A stretch of DNA of 63,868 nucleotides, filler included, from Choristocarpus tenellus KU-1152 (GCA_964200185.2; 13 parts of 13 records of this genome joined end to end with filler, not necessarily neighbours in it); one strand, 5' to 3'; numbered from the whole stretch's first letter, positions 49,722 to 62,412 are shown. A program made the numbers and translations. The notes: generated by a model from the sequence alone, not told the origin.

Positions 49722-52700
49722 ATGCATTGCATAGCTATGAAAAGACTGGTCAATGGGATGGGAGGATTATGTCGCTCCTCTCCCCACCCCACTTTGGCTA
49801 TGTGCACCCTGGGACGGCCTGGGACGCGCAGCGCCTATACCTGGAAGAGGAAGCCTCCCCTCACAAAGGTTGTTGCAACCATTGGGCCAGTGTCGGAAGA
49901 CGCGGAAACCTTGCAAAAGGTGATGTATTGATCATTCTTCGTGCCGTTTATGTGTTGTATCAGTTCTCAAGATTCCGAAGGATAATGAAGTGCAATCTCA
50001 ATGACTTCTATCCTCCTCAATATTCTCGAAATGTTACCTCCTAAGCCAACGGCTGAGCATTCTCAGTCACTCGATTTGATTGTCGTCTGCCTTGGTCATC
50101 CCTGGGTGCCGACCTAATTCTTGCGCCAATGTGGCCCTGGTTGTTGCCAGGATCCTTGACTCAGTGTTGGAAATGTACTATTTTTAAAATTTTGACCCTT
50201 CTCTTTAACTGGCTGGAGAGGTCTGTTTAAGATACCCCACCATAGTATGATACGTTGGGACAGATAGACCAACGATTCTGCTTATACAGTTTACTGCCAC
50301 AAGAGATTTGTTTGTTCGTCGTGGCGAGGACCTTTGACTTGGGCTGCACTCTTGACCGTGCAACCAGGGATTAACCATGTCTGATTGCATCAGCAGCAGA
50401 GCCCTTGTGCATGTGCTTTTTTACTGTGCCAGAATAATACATAGTCTTACTGACATATCCGGATGCATACCTGGTGGGGAGTTGCCACCGTACCTCTCCG
50501 CTTGGTCGACATCTATGAGTGGTACTCGCTCCTTGGGGCGACTTGCACCAAGGAGTATGTTTGAACAATATAGTATATGCAACACATGCCAACTGGAAAC
50601 CATACTCTGGCAGAAGTTGAAGAATTTGCTAGCCCAAGGACCTCTAATACATTATGCCGTCAGAAGAAAATGAAAATAGCTCGTGAGTTTGCGACCCTCC
50701 TCATTCCCTCGCTCTGCCCTTGTGGTTCTTTGACTAGCACTTCCCAAAACAACTACACACACGCATACATGCACATACTCTTGCCCGTAACAGGTAGTTG
50801 ATGAAGGAATGCGAGTCATGCGAGTGAACTTTTCCCACGCCACATATGACGAGGCGAACCTGCGCCTGACCAACCTGCGTGCTGTGAGTACCCCCCTGTA
50901 CTCCAATATCCTCCTGATCCCATCAGTGATCATGGAGAGTACAATCCAAATCTTTAAAGGGTCTGGTTCAATTCCTAAGATCCTCATCGTCAGACTATGG
51001 GTAGCACCAAAGCTATGTGATAGAGTGCCCCATGCTGACACTCCTCTTGTTATGGTTGCAGCATGTTGTGTTTTGCCTGCACCCTCAAGGCAAAACTGTG
51101 GTGAAGATCATGGCTCAGGGTGTGAGATAGAAGTATAGGTGAAGTATTCGTCATTAACTGCTTTCCAACTTCAGCCATGTTTTCCTGTGAAAGCCCAACT
51201 GATAAGCAGTCAATATTATATGTTCTCTATAATCACTAGGGGAGGTAATAATACTATGGATCACAGCTGAGTATACCAACAAAGAAGTTTCATAACAAGA
51301 TAGGAACACAATCCTAGGGCCTTACATATACCCTGATGACACACATGGTGGGTGATGTGTTTGTGGACTGCTCTTCATGAAACTTCATGTCACACTGTAG
51401 ACCAGTGGCACTGGCCATCCCATTTTCGTTGTGATGGGTGATTTCATATTGAGCATGTCCTGAGAGGCTTGTCATCAGTGCTGCTACCCTAATACCTTTT
51501 GGTGAGTAAGGAGGTACAAGTCAATAGCAAATGGGGTGGGCAAAAACGGATGGTACTGTGTGCTGAGGCTGGATAATGTATTGGGTCGTTGGTTGCTCAC
51601 TCTAGGAGGGATCACACTAAGACTGTCCATGGCCTTGAATAGTATTATCCACTAATGGCTCAGTGTTCGCAGGTGACCAAAGATTAATCTGTAGTTTCTT
51701 CTTGTGTTTATCTGTGGATATCTGTTTTTCCAGTGCATGAGAACTCCTAGCACATATGCATATATGCACTCCTTCTCACTGATGTACTACTTCAAACCCA
51801 AGTATTTATATGTGTGTGTGTGTGTGTGTGGAGTTCATACACCTGACACTAGCATTTCTTCTCTGGTGTTGCACTTTGCGTGGTGTCCCATCTCTCTCTC
51901 TCCCTCTTGCTCTCTCTCGCACACACACACATACACACACACACATACACACACACACACCATTGCATACCCAAAAAGAGGTGGTCACATTCAAATACGT
52001 GCATTTAGCCTTTTGTGCATGTGCTGCCACAAACACCCATCCATCTTACTCCATCCACAGTGAATATCTTGAAACCCTGAATCAAATCTCTATTCAACCG
52101 CACTCCTTTGGGGTGGGTGGGTTAATGCAGAGCAAGGGCAAGAACAATGCTGCCCTTGGAGGGAATGTCAACAACCTGAGGGCTTTTCTGTTGGACACCC
52201 AGGGACCGGAGATACGCACAGGGAACCTTGTAGGGGGTACACCAATTGAACTTATAGCTGGAAGCACAATAGAGCTCACTACTGATGAGGTGAGGATGGC
52301 AATGTACATTGTGTTTGATTTCATTTTGCTCCTGCTGATGGGGTATCTACTTGTAAGGAATACAACTTCCACTGGCTCCTTTTTTTTAGCACAGGAGTAT
52401 AGCAGTGCTCTGGAGTTCTCATTGGATACTCCAGAGTGCATATGCTGTGGTAGTTGTTGATTTGGACTGCAGTCCCCCTGTGGTACCCCTGTGACGTTTT
52501 TAAGAACATGATTGTGTTCGTTGGGGTGAGTCTGTCTCCTGTTGATTTTTTTTTGTGAATATTGTGCAATCCTTCTCCTCTCTGCTTCCCCAGTTCCTTC
52601 CTATGTTGAATCCCCCCCCCCCTCCCCCAGACATCAATCAAAAAGAATAGCTGTATTTTTTTGTGTGAGAAGTAAGCTGGGGGGGGGCGGGAAATGTGAT

Positions 52701-53279
52701 CTTTCTGTCACATTTGAAAGGGTACTGTAATGTACCATAATGTCGCAGTACTGAGGTACTGCACTACAATATATTACATGGTAAAATGATCATGTCTTTT
52801 CAAGGTGTTCCTGGAGTTACAACATGGATTATTCATATTTCTTGCTCTAGTTATCTCCACGATTTCCATAATAAAATATCCGAATCCTATCCATCCGTAT
52901 TCCTTCCTTCACTTCAACTCTTGCTTCTGCACCCCACCTGCTCCACCTCTCATGTTTTTTAATTCCACTGCAACCTTTCTGCCCAATGGGTTTGTGGGTG
53001 TACTGAAAATGCTTGTTACACCAATGGCGTGCTGGCCCTTCCTCTGGTGAACCACACTGTTTGAATATATCATCCCGGGCTCAATTGCTGTCATTGCTTG
53101 GATGGGTGAGTGGATCAGGGGGCGAAGGAAGGGGGTACTAGCAGCAGGCTGTTTGTGAACTACAAGGGGCTGGATAAGACGCTCAAGGTGGGAAGCACAG
53201 TCCTGTTGGATGATGGACTCATCAGTCTCACTGTTAAGGGCATAGCTTCTGGTGCTGTCAGCTGCCATGTGAAGAACAG
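49722..53279 (+). CDS. PK: Pyruvate kinase with N-terminal extension; 5' part only
   Basis: Exons 49722-49919, 50794-50883, 52131-52289 and 53119-53279. Motifs: TKVVATIGP, GMRVMRVNFSH, LLDTQGPEIRTG, FVNY, VLLDDGLISL. The last donor is GC. Confidence 0.93.
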
Positions 53280-53583
53280 GCAAGTGCCCACTCACCTCCC
53301 CCCCCTCCCTACCCCCCAGTGGATTTGTTTTTCATCTTCCCCATTGCCTATTTNNNNNNNNNNNNNNNNNNNNNNNNNNNNNNNNNNNNNNNNNNNNTTA
53401 ATTAATTAANNNNNNNNNNNNNNNNNNNNNNNNNNNNNNNNNNNNNNNNNNNNAAAATTGTGGTAAAAACCCAGAAAAAAATTCCCAAAAGGACAAAAAC
53501 AAAAAACCCCCCCCCCCCCCCCCCACGCCCCCCCCCAGCTCCCCCCCAACCCCAACTATATCCCTGACACTGTAAGAACTCAC

Positions 53584-56094
53584 AACAACCAATGCCAGCA
53601 GTGGACACCCACTGGAAAACAAAGGAGAGTTTCTGTATTCTGGAGGAGCGCGCATAGAGGTCAAGGGTGGTCCGCGGGCAGAGAGAGTGCCCTCTTGTCC
53701 GTTGCCCTGCTGCAAGGGATGCATGCCAGAGCTGCGTGCATGAACTGCTGTAGGAGAAACACATACCGGGGCAGGGAGGGCGAGGGCGTGGGGCTGAATG
53801 AGGTGTGATTCAACTGCCCAGGATATATTCCACAGACACCTCCAGTTCAAATTCTGCCAAGAGTGCAGTCCGAACGACTATTGGAGTACAATGCATGTGC
53901 AAATAATATACACTTACTAAGAAAATATGTACATTGATACCATTCAAAGCACACACACACACTACAGAGTGAATGTACGAACACGCCTTGCCAAGTCAAG
54001 AAATCAATTCCATTGCATGCACTTTAAGCCATCAAATACTATACAACACATACATTACTGCAGAGCACATTTCACATCGAGTCAGAAACCCTGCTGCAGA
54101 CCCAAGAGGGTTAGGGTTAGGAGTTTGACCACATACTATGTACTATGTAGCAGCAAGCACTCCAAAACAATATCAAACCTCTATTGGTGCAGTAGGGTGA
54201 TCATTTCGTTTGAGGCCACACCCACCAACTCCAATGACTGCGATCTAGATAACACATTCCAAAATACTAACTTAGAAAACAAACTTCAGGAAGCACTTGT
54301 GTAACAAAAACGAGCAATGTTCATGAAGAGGAGAGCAGGTTGATAGAAAAAAAATAAATCACATGGAACAATGAAGGGAAACATTGGTGAGAATAGGAAG
54401 GGAGACATACAAAAAAAAATCGTGAGTAGAAGCAATATTTCTCTACTTTCTATTTATAGTAGGGAGTGGGTAGTGGGTAGTGGGTAGGTAGTTACTGCTA
54501 CAAAACACAACAATATCGGAAGCAGCATCACACTCTGTAAAGGCTAAATACAATGCAAGAATTGTGTGCTACATATTTGGTGCCCATGTTTTGTTGTCTC
54601 ACATACGTTGCATTCTAAGCTGTTTTAAATATTAGGTGTAATTACTACTGTAGTAGTAGTATACACCTGTTCAAATGCTGAGGACCACTGTTACATGGTC
54701 TAGAGTACTTAATAGTAGAAGTACAATACTGCCACACACGACTATCCTTGTCAAGTTGGGAAGATAACATTCCATTTGTGGACTCAATTTGTTGTACACG
54801 CATTCAACCTTCTACGGATGTGCTTCAAAAACAAATTAAGATATGAAACATTTTCCCCAACAACACAAGCTGAATTTTTTTCTCAAAAATATTGGAAAAA
54901 CAATGCAAAGTCTTTCTCCGCATATCTATGCCTCCAATCATGCACTTACCTTTGTGTGTGTGTGTCTACTGTGGAGAAACCTGTAGCTTCCTAAGGTATG
55001 AAGTACCATTTAACATCAACAAACAAAATATGCACTTCAAAATACTCTGGAGTACACAATCACTACAACCTACTGACCAAACCCTAACCCTAGCTCCATA
55101 CAAACTTCACACTCCTACCCCACTAATAATACTGCACACATAAGCATGTCCTGTTGCCCAAACCCCACTGAAGTAAATGCACTCACCTCCTCCACTTCCA
55201 TCTGCACCCAAATCTCCAGCCCCAGCACCAAACCCAGCATCAAACACAGTGTTCGTGTCTACCCCAGTGTCCCTCACTCCAAATCCCCTTCCTACAATTC
55301 CACCTTCCATGGCTTGCCTTACCACCCCAGCCACTGGCAAAGGCACTCTGGCGGTAGAGACGGGCGCCCCTCCGATGACATTTCGAGTGCGCTCCCTTGG
55401 TTCATCAGGAGTTACTGTGCCAGTGGCAAAATGTGCAGTTGTCGGGGTAGGTGGTACTTGTGCAGGACTCAAGGTGGCAGCACCATTGACAACAGTAGAG
55501 TTATCAGCCTCGGCTTTTGCATCGCCCCCACCGTCACCTTGCCTCCGTTGCAAGACATTGGTCGGGTCCAACCCTGTATATCTTTCAGATACTGCTTGCG
55601 ATCCAGCCGCTGCCCCCGCCCCTGTATATCCCAGTGTACCTGACACTGGTCTCCTCACAGCTGCCATATCCGCCCTCGACTCTGCCACCCTGGTCCGTAG
55701 TCGGCGCTCGATTCGGTTCATTCTCTCCTCAATTACATCCCGACGACTGGGCTGTACTCCTGCCGCCCTCCTCACTCTCCCTCCCCCCGCTCCTCCTCCA
55801 GCCCCCTCTGCATCTCCTGCTGCTGCTCCCGCCCCAGCCCCAGCCCCAGCCCCAGCAACAACAGGACCAACAGCTCTAGCACCTATGCCAGCAACTCCAG
55901 GATCAGGCACAGGGCCTGGTCCAGGGCCTGGTCCAGGGCCTGCTGGGGCAGCCCCTGCAGCCCCTGCAGCTCTCACAGGCTCTTGAGCGGCTCGGGCTGC
56001 CGCTGCATCCAAAGCCTGCTGTGCAGATTGAGATGGAATCTGGGCCCTGCAGGTCGGACAGGTCTGTTGCTGTTGCAGCCAAAGGCGGAGACAC
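53584..56094 (-). CDS. RING-H2 E3 ubiquitin ligase, HRD1/synoviolin-like; internal exons
   Basis: Exon 56094-55187 begins CLRLWLQQQQTCPTCRAQI (end of a HRD1-type RING-H2) followed by a long Ala/Gly/Pro-rich region. A phase-compatible exon lies at 53747-53584. Confidence 0.7.
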
Positions 56095-56998
56095 CTGGGG
56101 AGTTTGAAGTGAAGTATGAGATTTTCGTAAGGAGGGTGAACTAAAGCATCACAGCTTTGACCATATGAGTCGATTTAGACAAGCATCCTCCCAAAAGGCT
56201 TGGGTCTCAAATAGCTGAAGAACTTGAACAAATTGAAGACAACACACATGAAGCGTATACAAATTTCCCCCCAACATTTCGCAATCTTTTTCAGTCTAAA
56301 AAAGAAAGGTAGAGAGTGGTTTGTAAGTTTTGACTGACTGGGAACTACTTTCGACAGATGGGTAGAAGGTCAATACACTCCCAAGTTCGATGACATAAAT
56401 TTGAAAATTGTGTCATGTTTCTCTGCTGGTCGTGGGCATGGGTGGAGGAGTTGGGGACTGCACTTGTCAGTTACGAGGTATGTGGTCAAAAATATGGTTA
56501 TCACCCAGAGTTAAATCTCCACAAGTCCACAGAGACTTTTGTATGTCACGAGCGAAGTACTATACACCCACTTTGCAATATAAGAGTGAAAACCGAAAAA
56601 AAAAAAAAAAAAGTTGCAATATTTTGTACTTCTTTCCAGGAAATTCGAGGCTAATCGTTTTGTCTTGCTGGGAAAAAAAATATCTCGTTATCTATTGTTT
56701 TGCACTTTTTGAGGTACACAAGAAGTGAACACTCAATAAAATAAATCTCATCACAGCAGACGCACAACTAACATTTGGTTGTGGATGTTGCATCTTGGGT
56801 TTCTGCCAAGAGAAGTTAAGAGCCTCATTTAAAAAAAAAAAACACACACACACACAACCACAGCAGTAGTAGTGGATCAAGGAAAAAAAAAGGGGGGGNN
56901 NNNNNNNNNNNNNNNNNNNNNNNNNNNNNNNNNNNNNNNNNNTTAATTAATTAANNNNNNNNNNNNNNNNNNNNNNNNNNNNNNNNNNNNNNNNNNNN

Positions 56999-57200
56999 GC
57001 TTGACCCAAAATTGACTGGGATAAAGTGTCGATATGTTTTTTTCTGTATTGTGACAGGGATAAAGTGTCGATATGTTTTTTTCTGTATTGTTGTCATTTA
57101 CAGAAAAAAACATATCGACACTTTATCCCAGTCAATTTTGGGTCAAGCCCATCCTTAATGAATAGCTCCATCCATCCTCAATTTTTGAAATCGGCTGTTA
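56999..57200. mobile_element. Foldback (near-palindromic) element, family C
   Basis: The ~50-bp arm GCTTGACCCAAAATTGACTGGGATAAAGTGTCGATATGTTTTTTCTGTA is inverted at ~57099-57148. The left arm carries a ~39-bp tandem duplication. Confidence 0.8.
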
Positions 57201-58437
57201 AATGTACGATTATCACCAAAATCGATTAGATCATTCCTGTCCTTTGATTTATCGACACTGTATTTGGAAGTCTTGCTCCTCGCACTTTTTTTTAACATAA
57301 TAGTATGATAATGTCCGCACTAAGTCCAAATTTCAACTCCCCACACCTTCATGGTTCTGGGCAAAGTTGTCAATATAACTTCTGAATATAATTGTAACGT
57401 TGCATTTTGTGTGAGGGATTGTGACTTACCTGGTGGTGGGAGTATTGATATTGATAGTCTTGCGTAGTAAGCCAGGACTTGGGACCAACAAGGGGTACTT
57501 ACACCCATGTCATCTCAGTCAATGACAACACAGTTGGGCTGGACATCTGAGTAGTGTATGTACATACATATATTTGATAATTATGGACATTCCACAATAT
57601 TTAATATATTATACTTTCAACAGAAAATAAGAAACATTTGATCAAAAGTAAATTAGGATATAGACACAGCTGTTATCGCATATTATCGGTTAATATCGCA
57701 TCTCTTGGTTCATGTTTGAGCCGTTTGTTCACTCCAACCTTGAAGATTGTGTTTGCTCTTGAAAGCGATGGTTAGGGAAGTAATCAATGTCACACGGACC
57801 CCCACTCAGGGAATTTCATGTAGGGGAACCATTTGGATAATCTAGCTAGGTTGAATAACTTGGTGGCATTTTATGTATCTTTAACTGGAAAGTGATGGGT
57901 GTACTACTGGTAGAACGACAAACAATATCTGATCGAATATCTGATGCCACATAATTTTCTGGTAGCAGTTGAAGTTGTAGCCGTTATCGCTACACTCTAA
58001 GTATTTGATATCTGTAACAACTACTGCCATAACAGTCCCCGTCATGCAAAAGGCCTACTGGAGCACCCAAGTATCGTATCATTGTAGGTGTACACTTTTC
58101 TTGACAAGAGTGTATCTTGAAGGATGTATTGTAAAAAAAAATATTGACGGTATTTACTGAACCTCACCCTATGCCTATTATCCTCAAATTGACACTAATT
58201 TACTCTTCACTATGTGTGGCAAGTGAAGGTGAAGCAACGCCTTACCATAGACCAAAAGAAGGTAGATTTGCAAATAATCACTTCAGAGTATATCAATGTC
58301 TTCAACACCAAAACCAAAAAACTGATCGAAACTTACTCTTCCTCTCACATTACGCTAACGAACATGATAGTATGGGGCATGAGACATGCGCATCACATCC
58401 TTATTATTTCCATAACCCTCTATGAACATTCCATACA

Positions 58438-58482
<45 letters not shown>

Positions 58483-59015
58483 ACAAAATGCAGGAATTTC
58501 AGTGTTTCACCTACAAGTTGGACATCACCTGGTTCATGATGGTTCCTAATGAGCGTCACCTCTAGAATCAAATCTGATTGGTAGAACAGATAGCAAACCT
58601 CTATAAAAGTGGAGAGAGTAAACCACTTGGTTTTCAGGGTACTGCCATTTGATGTGAACTCTTCATGGTACGAACTCCTCTTAAGAAATGTTAAATTTCG
58701 TAGAGATCAGACAACAAAGTGTGTGCTAAATGGTGCTCAGAAACAACCTCCTCCATATAATATTATTGCTTATGGTCGTAAGCCCTTTCGCATTAACTCC
58801 AATACACTACTACTCCATAAATTGTGTCACCAACCACAAACAACAGAAGTATTGGGGGTTTCAACTAGCACGAGTGGCTTGCGCGCGCGCGCGCGCCTGT
58901 CTGTCCGTCTGGTCCCCTCAGATCAGCGTACACTTTCAAATGTGATAATCCTCGCTATTATCTTTTCCAGTCACTAGACCCAATTAACAATAGCAACCAA
59001 GAAAATTCTTCACAA

Positions 59016-59120
59016 CTACGACGACCCTCCTTCGCCTTCCATGTTTTCATTTGACTCTTTTCTCGTCTTGGCTGACTCTGCCTGACTCTGCCTCTTCTCC
59101 TCTGCTGCAGAGATCAACGC
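59016..59120 (-). CDS. Possible terminal exon of an unknown gene
   Basis: A CAG acceptor is followed by ALISAAEEKRQSQAESAKTRKESNENMEGEGGSS*; no recognisable family. Confidence 0.3.
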   Translation of the reverse strand, partial: ALISAAEEKRQSQAESAKTRKESNENMEGEGGSS

Positions 59121-59667
59121 CTGTTTGGTGGTACGAAAAATTGGGCAGTTTGGTGTTAATAGTTGTGTCCGGCAGGCAGAGAGGACAAAAAATATATTGT
59201 TCTTTGAACACCAATGACCTAAGGCGGTCATAAACTAAACCTAGATACCCGATCCTTGTTAGTGAAAAAAAAAGTTGGATGAGAAACTGTTCTCTCATAA
59301 ATTACTACCATACACAAAAGTACACTTGTCATAGAGACAGCGAGATGACTTAGTTCGTAACATTTTCGCAGGTAAGTTTGGGATCAGGATTGCATCTCCT
59401 AGTAAGGTATATACTCATAGGGGATTGTTAAGCAGTCCACCGGATTGCAACTCAAAGTGACATGGATGACCCACATCATCCTACAGAGTGACTGATACCA
59501 AGATCGCCTCATGCATGCCACCTGAACCTTCCAGTACGACCAAGCCAATGAATGTCTACCTCCACTCCCATTTAAGGGTGCAAAAAAGAGCACTGCCTGA
59601 ACAGCTTCGAATCTGCAAAAAAAATAAAATATATATATATATATATATATGGGAAAATCAACATGAT

Positions 59668-59802
59668 AACCCTAACCCTACAACCCGATCTGATCCAAAC
59701 CCTAACCCCACAACCCGATCTGATCCAAACCCTAACCCCACAACCCGATCCGGTCCAAACCCTAACCCTACAACCCGAACCAATCAAAACCCTAACCCTA
59801 CA
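59668..59802. repeat. 30-bp minisatellite built on a CCCTAACCC core, about 4.5 copies
   Basis: AACCCTAACCCYACAACCCGATCTGATCCA units. Confidence 0.9.
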
Positions 59803-60700
59803 ATCAGGAAACTCTGATCTTAATTCAACCCTAGACCTGCAATGAAGAGGGAAACGCAACAAGTCTCAACAACGACATCATTTGACTTGGACACTTCCCC
59901 TGCTGCTGATCAACCGATCGCAATTGAGGTCAAAACCAACAAATTATTCAAGCATAACATACATCGGGTTTTGGACTGTCGTCCCAAGCTTTCAACAATC
60001 CAACTACGCGATACAAAACAGACTGTATAAGATCACAGAGGTCAACAACCCTAACCCTAAACCTAGCCATAAACCTACTTAGCAACAAATCAGAGCACAA
60101 AGACCACTCCACATATTTGGCAATGCAGCCCTAACCCTAACCCTAATACCTTCAGTCCACCAACACACCTAATCACATTTCCAACTCCCTTCCCCATACA
60201 TCCAATCCTATGCACTATGGAAACAATTGCTTTCAGTACACTGCAGATACTTCTTGAAGGTAGTATCAGTACATTCCTTGAAAAAAGAAGAACTCAGCAC
60301 CCATCACATCCAATTCAAAACTATATCACAGAATCTTCAACTTCTAAGTTCAATCCCTCCAACATCTACATCATTCATTGGCTTTGTATTGGCATCTGAT
60401 TTTTATTGACCCCTGTAGAGGTGATGTAGCCACATACACGTGGACCATCTCTACATTTCATTTTCACTAAAATAAAAATGATGCAAAACTTTCCCACTCT
60501 GACACAGACACATATATGTATTTTTGAAACATATTCATAAGTACATTTCTGTTGGACAAAAAACCCCATCCATGTATCTGTACTCAACATATTCCAAAAA
60601 ACGTTTAACTTTTCTTGTCTACAGCGGTTAGTTCGGAAAATGTACGTATCATGAGAGCTTTTGAAAAAAAATGGAAAAACCACAATACTAATATAATAAA

Positions 60701-60915
60701 TAGTAGACAATACAAATATTAAGATTAGTACACATTAGTACTACTTAAAATAGTAGACAATACTAATATTAAGATTAGTACACATTAGTACTACTTAAAA
60801 TAGTAGACAATACTACTATTACAATTAATACACAATACTACTATTGTAATTAGTACACATTACTACTATCATAAATAGTGGAAAATACTGCTATTATAAA
60901 CAGTACACAATACTG
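60701..60915. repeat. 50-bp tandem duplication decaying into degenerate AT-rich repeats
   Basis: tagtagacaatac.aatattaagattagtacacattagtactacttaaaa occurs twice, followed by partial copies. Confidence 0.85.
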
Positions 60916-60969
60916 CTGAAAAAAGTTAATCTACTGATCAAGAACAAATAACCTACGGGTCAAAGTATC

Positions 60970-61003
<34 letters not shown>

Positions 61004-61408
61004 CGCGCTTTTGGGCCAATCATTCTTTTTTTTNNNNNNNNNNNNNNNNNNNNNNNNNNNNNNNNNNNNNNNNNNNNTTAATTAATTAANNNNNNNNNNN
61101 NNNNNNNNNNNNNNNNNNNNNNNNNNNNNNNNNCCCCCCGGAATGAATGGGGCATTGAGTAAAATATTTCTAGGAAAGGAAGCGAAAAAAACAACAACAA
61201 ACGATTACGCATTTTCAGGCGCTTTTTTTCTTTTCTTTTCTTTTTTCTTTGGTTCATTTGCTGCGATTATTTTTATCTATTTTTGGCCATTGTTTTAAGA
61301 ACACGCACACCTCTTAGAGTTTGTTGTTGTAGGTTGGTAATCAATCTCTCCCCCCTCTCTCCCTCGCCATCCCCCTCCCCCCTCCCCTTCCAAAAATTTT
61401 GCCCTCAG

Positions 61409-61529
61409 GCGATGGGCTGAGATGTGGGCAAACATCCTATGTCACAAGCGGTTTGAGAAGTGCTTTGAGAAGTATGACCCGGACCTGGTGGTGTCTATGC
61501 ACCCACTATGTCACCATGTTCCTCACAAG
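61409..61529 (+). CDS. MGD: Monogalactosyldiacylglycerol (MGDG) synthase, single internal exon
   Basis: AG/GT-bounded exon RWAEMWANILCHKRFEKCFEKYDPDLVVSMHPLCHHVPHK, matching the MGD KY.PD..ISVHPL.QH.P motif. Confidence 0.8.
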
Positions 61530-61821
61530 GTGCTACGGCAAATGGGAGAGGGAAAGTGAGGACAAGGATTTGGGAAAGGGCAGGGGGGGTAATGGATGGA
61601 AAGGCGTACATTTTGGTGGGAGAGGTTGTTTTGGTTTCTTTTTTCGTCTTGGCTTTGATGATATTTTTTTTTTGCTGTTTTGAATGGGATTGGTAGCGAG
61701 TGCTGTGGCTGTTGCTGTTTTGGAGGAATCGAGGATAGGGTGGAATGTATACTTCCCCGACTGTAGGGGTTGTGATAGATTAGTGTTTTGAGGAGTTCAG
61801 GAACTATTAGCGTGAACTCCT

Positions 61822-62065
61822 GTGTCCATTTTCGGGGCCAAAATCCAATGTTGTGATTTTGATATAATTTTGGCTATCGTGTTTGTTAGGAAGTGTGTCA
61901 ACATCCTTGTTCCGGACATAACTTTTCATAAGACGTATACATTTTACCTACTCCGAAACATTTTGGAGTGAGAAAATGTCATTTAAAAAAAAAAACGAGA
62001 TAAGCCAAGCCCCAAATGGACAAACAGGGCAAAACTCTCACCCTAACCCTAAGATAGTTTCACTC
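61822..62065 (+). mobile_element. MITE family A copy (left TIR lost) with a telomere-repeat unit in the right TIR
   Basis: ggggccaaaatccaatgttg...aagccccaaatggacaaa...CTCACCCTAACCCTAAGATAGTTTCACTC. Confidence 0.8.
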
Positions 62066-62242
62066 TAGCACGAGGGTAATCCGTCATTCCCCTCTTTTTT
62101 TATGTTGTCGCAAGTCATTTTTTTTAATTGCGAAAATTGTTCTTTCGGTGATGAGTCATGGAAGGGGACGTAACTGTGGTGTAACTGCCTGCAGTGTAGG
62201 TAATAGGTGATCAGATTTGTGGGGGCAGGATAAAGGATGAGG

Positions 62243-62412
62243 TGTTAGGGTTAGGGTTAGGGTTAGGAGATTTCGTGCTGGAGCCCCATTCAGCATTTGG
62301 GTCTTTTCGTTGGTCTGATTGTTGATCGTTTGGTGTGATTGTTTCCCACCCCTCACAAGTGGCGATTGCATGCATGTCCTGACGAAATTGGGGTTAGGGT
62401 TAGGGTTAGGGT
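62243..62412 (+). repeat. Short interstitial (TTAGGG)n tracts
   Basis: (GTTAGG)4 at ~62243 and about 3.5 units at ~62391. Further tracts of about 2 units at ~26931, 38617, 40991, 54108, 55082, 60048 and 60129. Confidence 0.85.

Noticed and set aside
55146-55986. Long plus-strand Pro/Ala-rich ORFs
   Set aside because: Antisense shadows of the GC-rich low-complexity exon of the RING E3 ligase.
59668-59802. 30-bp repeats of CRISPR-like length
   Set aside because: Head-to-tail units with no spacers, in a eukaryotic context.
8075-61133. Twelve identical TTAATTAATTAA motifs embedded in N runs
   Set aside because: Each has exactly 44 N on both sides and stops in all six frames. These are synthetic contig linkers, not biological repeats.
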